The translations under genes were made by a program, and so were the position numbers. Under the pieces are notes generated by a model. It saw only the letters and a program-made list of their open reading frames with translations, was not told the DNA's origin and searched no databases. DNA of 64,000 nucleotides from the NCBI GenBank assembly GCA_910580205.1, contig CAJTVP010000004.1:1519-65518 (forward strand), in the 5' to 3' direction. This document shows positions 35,631-42,863 of this stretch, piece after piece (the first letter of the stretch is position 1; each line of letters opens with the position of its first letter). The stretch is from an uncultured Eggerthellaceae bacterium (lineage in GTDB: Bacteria; Actinomycetota; Coriobacteriia; Coriobacteriales; Eggerthellaceae).

Positions 35631-35868
35631 GTAAAACGTCCAAACGGTGCATATTGAACCTACTTCGGGCGCTTTGCATTGTCTGCCCTAAACGGAGCAG
35701 GATGAGCACGGACGTCTTCGGCGGTTGTGGTGTCAAGGAATATCCGCTCGACAGTTGGAAAGGCTCACGAGAATCGGCAGATGATCGGTTCGCAAAGTAT
35801 GTGAGAATCACCGCGCTGTGTGATCGCGCCCATTTACCTCGTCTCTTCGGGTGCAATGTCAAAAGTCA

Positions 35869-37872
35869 TTAGTGGTGACGCCAGTTTGGACATCCTGTTC
35901 CTTTTTGTAGATGAGCTGGGTGTGCTTTCCAAATATTTCCACACACTTTGCAACGAACCTTTATTTTCGTTCTCGATGTTTGATATTCTTCTAGAAGCTC
36001 AATATCGGGATTATTCAATTCGACTCTTTCTTTGAACTCTGTAGGTGAAACTCTGCGCTTTAGGCCTCTATTGCGCTTCGAGCATGTGGGGCAACCTTTT
36101 GATTGCAAGACCCTATTTGGACGGGCGCGCCATATATTTCCGCAGTTAGCGCACCGAAACCTAATCTCAGTATTGCCATGAGTATAGTTTTCAAGCGCTT
36201 CAATATCGGGATGTGTTTGTCGGAGTTCCTTCATGAAATAGTCATGAGTCTTTGTTTGCTTTTTCGCTCTAGTTTTATTTGCGCATTTCGGGCAATCGTG
36301 TCCCTGAAGAAGGTTCTGTGGTGTTGCAGTCCATTCATGCGCACACACCCGGCACCTTGCTTCTATCTTCGTTAGGCGATCGACATATCGTCCTACAATC
36401 TCTATCGTTGAGCTAACATCGGCCATTGCTTCTACAAATTCGTCATGAGACATGCGCTTTGAGTACCTTAATGCATTTGCAATGATTTCCTTCCATTGCG
36501 CTTCCTTAATATCGGGCTTTAGATCTGGATTGCAGAGGAGAAGAATCTTGCTGACTATCTCTTTCAATGTTTTATATCCCGATTCTTCGGCAAGTGAGCC
36601 ACTATATAGAAAGAAGTCCTTTTCCTGTGCAGCTTCAATGGTGGAAATAGGTACAGTGTCGTAAATGACGATGAGGCGGATTCCTTTAGAGTGACAGATC
36701 TCCTTTTTCTTTTTATCTTCGGCAAGCTTGTCCTTATGCCAAAACCAAGCGCCTGGTTCTATGGCAATCTGGTATTCAGGGATATAGATATCGAGCTCTC
36801 GTCCAATGGTCTTTTTATCGCGGGATACAACTTTTCCCTTACCTAATACATATTCAAGCGCAAAGAAAAGGAATTGCTCCATAAATGATGTTCCGGATAT
36901 CGCGCATCTCGGACAACCGCTTCGAGTTAATAATGACTGAGGAGCAGCTATCCATTTATTGTCACAAATCTTGCAATGGAACTCCAATTTCGTATGGCTG
37001 TTTACATACTTACCCAACGGTTCAATATTTGGATTAACTTGATTTAGCTCCTTAATAAAATCATCATGCGATTTACTCAGCATTTGTGCAATCTTTTCTT
37101 TGCGGCATCCGGGACAACCAGAGGATCTTAGTAAATCAACAGGAGCCTTTTTCCAATTACTGTTGCAAACACGGCAATAACAATCCATCGGCGTAGCTGA
37201 ATCAATATATTCTCCGTGAATCTCAAGAGTGGGAAACTTTTCTGCAGCCATATGAAAAAAACGTTCGGCTCTTTTCTTTTTCATATCCCTTTTGCGGCAT
37301 AAGGAGCAATGGCAGTTCTTCTCAAGTGCAGATGCAATAGAAGTCCACTCATGTCCGCATACCCCGCAACGACACGATATTCCATCATGCGCAGTAATAT
37401 ATTCACTCAACAATTCGATATTAGGGTTTATGACATGGATTCTATTTGAAAACTCTTCATGCCTGATAGGTGTTCTTCCTCGCATTTTTTTTCTTGCGCA
37501 GAGAGGGCAACCATGCCCTTTTCTGAGCGTGCTCGGATTTGCATCCCATTCGTTGTTACAGATTTCACATCTACAAAGAATTTTATGCTTCGTATCTTGA
37601 TACATCCCCAATAAAGTCACATCTGGAAGAACTCCTTTTATCTCCGCTTCAAACTCCTCATGCGACTTCTTGCTATTACGATATCCTGAACAATCAATAC
37701 AACCAGCACCGTGAAGCAAATTGCCTGCATTAGCGCTCCAGATACGATTGCATTTACTGCATTGCACTTTAACGTGTTTTTGAACGCCTTTGTATAATCC
37801 TAAGATCTTGATACTGGGGTTGACCTCTTTCATCTCTGCAACAAACTGATCTTGCGTTCTCTTAAGCGCCAT
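35869..37872 (-). CDS. Eight-fold zinc-ribbon repeat protein (DUF4379-like modules) with central Vsr/DUF559-like PD-(D/E)xK nuclease domain
   Basis: 667-aa ORF behind a strong AGGAG RBS. CxxC...(G)CPxC pairs at aa 38/61, 102/125, 169/192, 233/256, 300/323, 507/530, 574/597 and 641/664, with a period of 64-67 aa. Core at aa 325-405: SFMEQFL...ELDIYIPEYQIAIEPGAWFWH...KGIRLIVIYD. Confidence 0.75.
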   Translation of the reverse strand: MALKRTQDQFVAEMKEVNPSIKILGLYKGVQKHVKVQCSKCNRIWSANAGNLLHGAGCIDCSGYRNSKKSHEEFEAEIKGVLPDVTLLGMYQDTKHKILCRCEICNNEWDANPSTLRKGHGCPLCARKKMRGRTPIRHEEFSNRIHVINPNIELLSEYITAHDGISCRCGVCGHEWTSIASALEKNCHCSLCRKRDMKKKRAERFFHMAAEKFPTLEIHGEYIDSATPMDCYCRVCNSNWKKAPVDLLRSSGCPGCRKEKIAQMLSKSHDDFIKELNQVNPNIEPLGKYVNSHTKLEFHCKICDNKWIAAPQSLLTRSGCPRCAISGTSFMEQFLFFALEYVLGKGKVVSRDKKTIGRELDIYIPEYQIAIEPGAWFWHKDKLAEDKKKKEICHSKGIRLIVIYDTVPISTIEAAQEKDFFLYSGSLAEESGYKTLKEIVSKILLLCNPDLKPDIKEAQWKEIIANALRYSKRMSHDEFVEAMADVSSTIEIVGRYVDRLTKIEARCRVCAHEWTATPQNLLQGHDCPKCANKTRAKKQTKTHDYFMKELRQTHPDIEALENYTHGNTEIRFRCANCGNIWRARPNRVLQSKGCPTCSKRNRGLKRRVSPTEFKERVELNNPDIELLEEYQTSRTKIKVRCKVCGNIWKAHPAHLQKGTGCPNWRHH

Positions 37873-38000
37873 ACATCGACTCCTACATTTATTGATTCAA
37901 GGCGTAATCATAAGACAATTTTGAGTAAATTGAGTATTCTCTACAAGACCGTCTCTGTTGGGTCTTATCAGAGTTCTAACAAATTGAAAGAGGATTTATG

Positions 38001-38145
38001 CCGATCATACTAGACCCAAAAACAGACCCAAAACGTGATTCTGTCCCCCAGGAATCAAAAAGGACAGGAGCGAAAATAACTCCTGGCCTCGGCATTCAAA
38101 TGGCGGGATGTACGAGACTTGAACTCGCGACCTCCGACGTGACAG
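38001..38145. repeat. Direct repeat copy A (tRNA-Asp 3' part + terminator-like flank), partner of 41492..41638
   Basis: 38101-38145 is identical (45/45) to 41594-41638. 38001-38100 has about 8 mismatches and 1 indel versus 41492-41593. Weaker similarity extends about 40 nt further left. Confidence 0.85.
38101..38145 (-). pseudogene. 3' 45-nt fragment of tRNA-Asp (anticodon loop to CCA), att scar
   Basis: Identity to the intact tRNA breaks exactly at the 5' edge of the anticodon loop (CTGTCAC). The upstream sequence cannot form the anticodon stem. Confidence 0.85.
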
Positions 38146-38343
38146 AAGGGAGTTCGTTCGATATCGCACTCTAGATTCTTCGTTAGGATCGTCTTATAAG
38201 AGTTGATTCTTTGTACGTTCGACAACCACAAATAGTACCTCTGAACAGGTATTTTATTATCGTTCTTCAGGATTGCGAAAGTTATCTTGATGGATATGCC
38301 TCTCATGTTTAAGGCGCTCACCGCTTGATGCTCAAACCAAGTT

Positions 38344-38371
38344 AGCCGTTTAAGCCGTTTAGGACGGTTTA
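38344..38371 (+). repeat. Tandem 9-10-mers AGCCGTTTA AGCCGTTTA GGACGGTTTA
   Basis: Read directly. Lies 8 nt upstream of the third CCCAAAAACAGACCCAA motif copy. Confidence 0.6.
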
Positions 38372-38549
38372 AGTTGAACCCAAAAACAGACCCAATTTTG
38401 TTTTTAGCGAGATTGGAACCAAATATGCTATCTGATAATGAGTTGCATGTCCTTTTTCAAATCTTTTGAAAAGTAATGGAGTCATTTCAGTATTGCTATG
38501 CTGAACTATAATTTCTTGCAAACCACATCTAGCGTGTTAGGGAAAGCCA

Positions 38550-39614
38550 ATGTCTGAAGAGCAAAATAATGTATTGAATGACCGTGAGCTTGATGAACTG
38601 GATAAGCTGAAAGCTAAATATGAAAAAATGACTGAACCAGGCATGCTTCAGAAAGCTGGAGATGTTATCGGTTCTATTATTCCGGCACCAATCAAGGACA
38701 CTGTCAACAATATTGGGGAAACTATTACTGAGCAACAATTCTACGAGGAAGCTATGCAGATAGTTGCACAAGGCTTTAATGCGCTTGAAGAGCAGGCTGC
38801 AAAGGTTACTATCAGCAAAGAAACCGTAGTTAAAAGAGCAAATGAATATATAGACGGTAGAACAATCTCATCCATTCAAGAGCTTTGCTTTGCAAGGAGT
38901 TACGAAGTAGCAAAGATTGCGGATTCGGAAAAGATACCTAGCCTGTTATCAGCAACCGTTGAAGGTGGAGCTACGGGATTCCTTGGTTTTGTTGGCATTA
39001 TTCCTAACATCGTTACGAGTACATTCTGCTACTACAGGGCTGTTCAGTCTATTGCTGTATCTTATGGATATGATGTGAGAGACGATCCAAACGAACTCAT
39101 GATAGCTAGTGAGGTATTCACGAGCGCCATGTCGCCACGTTCTAGCAAAGCAGGAGAGATGGCTGGCATAATCGGAAAGCTAATGCTGATTAGCGAAGCC
39201 GAAGCTGTAAAGCAAACGATAAAAAAGGGATGGACAGAGATGGCTGCCTGTGGAGGCATACGTCTTCTGTTAACTCAGATGCGCGCATTAGCTCATAAAG
39301 CTGCAAAAAAGGCGCTAGAGAAAGCAGGAAAAGAAGGACTCGAAAACTCTGTTTTTAGAAGTATTCTAGAGCAAATTGGTAAGCGTCTTGGGCAAAAAGC
39401 AGTTCAACGTGCAGTTCCGTTTGTATCCGCAGTCATTGGTGCTTTTTTTGATACTGGCGAGATGAACAAAGTCATTACATTCGCAGATACGTTTTATAGG
39501 AAAAGATTTATTCTGGAGAAGGGAATGCGTCAGGCAGAATTTAATGCGCCAGAAGCTATGACTATTTTGCCTGAATGCACTAATGAAGAAAAAATGACTT
39601 CTTCAGACGAATAG
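38550..39614 (+). CDS. EcsC family protein (orphan)
   Basis: GGATGFLGFVGIIPNIVTSTFCYYRAVQSIAVSYGYDVRDDPNE and AVPFVSAVIGAFFDTGEMNKVITFADTFYRKRF closely parallel the two conserved blocks of B. subtilis EcsC. Confidence 0.85.
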   Translation: MSEEQNNVLNDRELDELDKLKAKYEKMTEPGMLQKAGDVIGSIIPAPIKDTVNNIGETITEQQFYEEAMQIVAQGFNALEEQAAKVTISKETVVKRANEYIDGRTISSIQELCFARSYEVAKIADSEKIPSLLSATVEGGATGFLGFVGIIPNIVTSTFCYYRAVQSIAVSYGYDVRDDPNELMIASEVFTSAMSPRSSKAGEMAGIIGKLMLISEAEAVKQTIKKGWTEMAACGGIRLLLTQMRALAHKAAKKALEKAGKEGLENSVFRSILEQIGKRLGQKAVQRAVPFVSAVIGAFFDTGEMNKVITFADTFYRKRFILEKGMRQAEFNAPEAMTILPECTNEEKMTSSDE

Positions 39615-39703
39615 TTTTGGCTTTCTCATTGGCACAAGCTGTCCTATTTTAAAACCACAATCTACTACACAAGATGAGTATTCACTCAAAATACTTCCTG
39701 CAA

Positions 39704-40543
39704 TTAGCCGAACAGAATCCTCGGTTCGCAAGGTAAATCATTTACCTCTATACATCTGAGAATCAACTTATGAAGTAAAGAGGCAGTGGACTCAACTGCA
39801 TTCTCGTTTTTTACAGTTCCCGTATGAACTGCCTTAGACCTGTCGTCATAGAGCTTTTTGATTGCGTCATACTCATCCATTTCACCATTAAGAAACTTTG
39901 ATGCAAGAAGACTAATCCTAAATCGCAATTCAGCCTGCACCCCAAACAATGTCTCAATTCCAGCCCACAATATTGCAAGTTGCACAGATGGACGAACACT
40001 TTGCTTGTAGCTCCATAAGGCATTGACCGCATTAGCGAAAGCTGGTTTTTCCATTAGATCTGAAGCTGAAATAAAAACAGATTCAATGAAAGTACATTCC
40101 TCTGGTGTTACTGTTTCAATAGAGCGAGGCAAAAACAAACGAGACGACATGACGACATTCATGAACGATGACTGATTAAATTGGTCTGCACTAACATTGC
40201 ATTGCAGATTCCAGTAAATCTCTTTATGTAAGAGAGCGGACAGCAAACAAATATCGGTTTGGGCGTTCCAGAGATTGGTTACGAGAGAGCGACCATCAGG
40301 AGATTTTACTTTTATATGGAGTTGAGCTCTTGTTGATCTTAGTGTTGCTATTACAATGCCAAGATCTATTTCACTCTTACTTCCATGCTTCATTATCGAA
40401 TCTATCATCGCATCAGGGTCAGGTTGGCATTCTATTGGCTCTAAAACGGTATTTTGATTAAGTCTGATTTCTGAGCCAGGTTCAATACCAATAAGATAGA
40501 GATACCCTTCCGTTTCGCCCGTTTTTGCACGAATTGATGTCAT
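39704..40543 (-). CDS. Hypothetical protein with C-terminal HEPN-like domain (Rx4H motif)
   Basis: 279 aa. KKLYDDRSKAVHTG (R235-x4-H240) sits in an all-helical C-terminal 130 aa, as in abortive-infection HEPN families. The N-terminal 150 aa are unrecognised. Confidence 0.65.
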   Translation of the reverse strand: MTSIRAKTGETEGYLYLIGIEPGSEIRLNQNTVLEPIECQPDPDAMIDSIMKHGSKSEIDLGIVIATLRSTRAQLHIKVKSPDGRSLVTNLWNAQTDICLLSALLHKEIYWNLQCNVSADQFNQSSFMNVVMSSRLFLPRSIETVTPEECTFIESVFISASDLMEKPAFANAVNALWSYKQSVRPSVQLAILWAGIETLFGVQAELRFRISLLASKFLNGEMDEYDAIKKLYDDRSKAVHTGTVKNENAVESTASLLHKLILRCIEVNDLPCEPRILFG

Positions 40544-40618
40544 GAAGTCCCCAAACTGCCCCGAACGGATAAACTATCCTGGTTATCTTTTTACAATTAA
40601 GCGCACCTTATGGGCTAT

Positions 40619-41275
40619 TTAACTCTTGGTTTCCATCCTGTCACGCATATCGCTCAGGATCTCGCCTTTATACGAGAAATATGCAGGTCCTTGCCTTGAT
40701 ATGTCATCAGCAAACAAGGATTCAGCTAATGCGGACAATGTCATGGTTTGACCGTTGTGTTCGACATGCCTGTCGTCGACAACTGTTGCAATGACTCTTT
40801 TATCCTTTACAAAGACCACTTCCTCGCCAGCATCAACACCTACCATGCTGAACTTGAATGGTGGCCTGCGCTTACTGACAGCCTCAGCAACCATTTCGTC
40901 TTCGACCTCTTCTTTGGTCGGCTTCCAACGCTTTAGGTTCGCTTCTGTGCCAGAGATTCTCGCAATAGCTTCGAGAAGATCAAATGCAGCTTCAGGAGTC
41001 ATAGCAAAAAACTCCCGAACTCGGGTTTTGCCTTTGTATTCTTCAATAGTATGCAGATCGGGATTAAGGTCATCTATTAACTTGTGCAGAGATTTATCGG
41101 TAAGTTTAGAAGTAACGGAATAAGTAGCATAAACGCGAAATGCGAATGGTACGGCAGATGACGCATTTAGCTGGCTCAGTCTCTTCTCGACATCAATCGC
41201 AAAACCGATTTTTACATAATCAGGAAAGCTTGGATTGGTAAAGATATAGATGTAGCCTGATTTCTCTTTCGTCAT
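40619..41275 (-). CDS. T5orf172 / GIY-YIG superfamily nuclease-domain protein with small C-terminal domain
   Basis: GYIYIFTNPSFPDYVKIGFA...KRLSQLN...VPFAF...REFF matches the T5orf172 (MUG113) pattern. C-terminal PPFKFSMVGVDAGEEVVFVKD...HNGQTMTLSALAESL module. Confidence 0.8.
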   Translation of the reverse strand: MTKEKSGYIYIFTNPSFPDYVKIGFAIDVEKRLSQLNASSAVPFAFRVYATYSVTSKLTDKSLHKLIDDLNPDLHTIEEYKGKTRVREFFAMTPEAAFDLLEAIARISGTEANLKRWKPTKEEVEDEMVAEAVSKRRPPFKFSMVGVDAGEEVVFVKDKRVIATVVDDRHVEHNGQTMTLSALAESLFADDISRQGPAYFSYKGEILSDMRDRMETKS

Positions 41276-41491
41276 TATTGTCTGCCTATCTATTTATCTA
41301 AAAATGCCACCGTGAACTATGTAATCTCGATGTAAGACTAACCCTTATTTTATTACACGTAGAAATCACAGCCACTCAATGTAGGTCATTCTTCCTCGAG
41401 CATTCCCGCACCATCAAGTATCTCATTGTTTGGTGAGATCTCCGATGGGTCTCATCAGAACCCTAACGAACCGGGAGTTGTCTGACTTATT

Positions 41492-41669
<178 letters not shown>

Positions 41670-41725
41670 GTGAAAGCTGCCGAGTTATTATAAACAGAAC
41701 AGACGAAAGGGACAAGAAGAATTTT

Positions 41726-42796
41726 TCAACGGATGATCCCGCCGCCCAAAACGGCGTCTCCTTCGTAGAGCGCGCAGGTCTGACCGGGGGCTGCGGCGAA
41801 CGCAGGCTCATCGAACTCCACGGTCGCGCGGTTGCCGTTCACGGTGAGGGTGCACGGGACGGCTTCCATGTTGTACCGGAACTGCGCGCTGCAACGGATG
41901 GGTCCCCCAGGAGCCTCAGCGAGCAGGTTCACATCCACGAGCTCCACGCGCTCCGTCAGCGCATCCTCATGGCTCCCGAGCATCACGACGTTGGCATCGG
42001 CATCCTTGGCGCGCACATAGGCTGGCTTCCCTAAAGCCACGCCGAGCCCCTTCCGTTGGCCGATGGTGTAGAGATGCGCGCCCTCATGCTGGCCGATGAT
42101 GCGCCCATCCGCATCCAGGATATTCCCCGGCCGCGTGCCCAGATGCTGTTTGAGATCTTCGGTGACCGAGCCGCAGATGAAGCAGATATCCTGGGACTCT
42201 TCGCGCACCGCCACCGGCAAGCCCGCTTCTGCGGCCTGCCGTCGCACCTCATCTTTCGAAAGCGCGCCCAAGGGGAAGGTAACGTGTCTCAGCGCATCCG
42301 CAGGGATGCGGCTCAAGAAATAGCTCTGGTCCTTGCGTCCATCCTCCGCGCGCAGCAGCCTCACCCGATCACCCTCAGCGGCAAGCTGCGCGTAGTGGCC
42401 CGTCGCCACGTGCCCGCATCCCAGCTCAGAAGCCATCTCAAGCATCACGCCGAACTTGATCGCCCGATTGCAGGCGACGCAGGGGTTGGGCGTGAGCCCG
42501 CAACGGTAAGCCTCATAGAACGGGCCTTTCACCAACGCTTCGAACGCCTCTCTGGCATCCAAGACCTCATGGGGGATGCCCAACGTCCGGCAAACCTCTC
42601 GCGCATCGGCCACGTTGCGCTCATCATCCGGCGTGCCCAAGATCATGGTGGCGCCGATGCAGCCGCGCCCTTCCCGGACGAGCCGCAAAGCGGCCACGCT
42701 CGAATCCACGCCGCCGCTCATGGCGACGCATGTCTGCACAGCGCTCACTCTGGCCGACCGTCCTCTCCTGGCGCTTCGATTGGGGTATCTTGTCAT
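41726..42796 (-). CDS. mnmA: tRNA 2-thiouridine(34) synthase MnmA
   Basis: VAMSGGVDSSVAA PP-loop. Start set at ATG rc 42794-42796 (MTRYPN...). The ORF-track start at 42865 adds a Ser-rich leader. Confidence 0.85.
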   Translation of the reverse strand: MTRYPNRSARRGRSARVSAVQTCVAMSGGVDSSVAALRLVREGRGCIGATMILGTPDDERNVADAREVCRTLGIPHEVLDAREAFEALVKGPFYEAYRCGLTPNPCVACNRAIKFGVMLEMASELGCGHVATGHYAQLAAEGDRVRLLRAEDGRKDQSYFLSRIPADALRHVTFPLGALSKDEVRRQAAEAGLPVAVREESQDICFICGSVTEDLKQHLGTRPGNILDADGRIIGQHEGAHLYTIGQRKGLGVALGKPAYVRAKDADANVVMLGSHEDALTERVELVDVNLLAEAPGGPIRCSAQFRYNMEAVPCTLTVNGNRATVEFDEPAFAAAPGQTCALYEGDAVLGGGIIR

Positions 42797-42863
42797 ACTA
42801 AAAGATGAAGCGGGTGAAAACGATGATGATGGAAGCGAACAGGACGCGGAAGAAGGCAGGCGC

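Larger units (their letters stand above)
35300..38100. mobile_element. AT-rich island segment X: putative decayed integrative-element remnant (no integrase, no left att copy)
   Basis: Abrupt G+C drop at 35300 (sample lines 40-43%). Its right end (38001-38100) is about 90% identical to the tRNA-proximal arm of segment Y. Confidence 0.4.

Noticed and set aside
35372-35872. Small ORFs (64 aa from a TTG start at 35372; 72 aa at 35654) in the island's left filler
   Set aside because: Non-ATG or unsupported starts, no Shine-Dalgarno sequence, no family resemblance. Kept only as possible remnants. I looked specifically for tyrosine-integrase C-terminal motifs (R...HxxR...Y) in all frames here and saw none.
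38055-38321. 88-aa minus-strand ORF spanning the tRNA-Asp fragment
   Set aside because: It reads straight through the 45-nt tRNA remnant and its terminator-like hairpin. No RBS and no recognisable domain.
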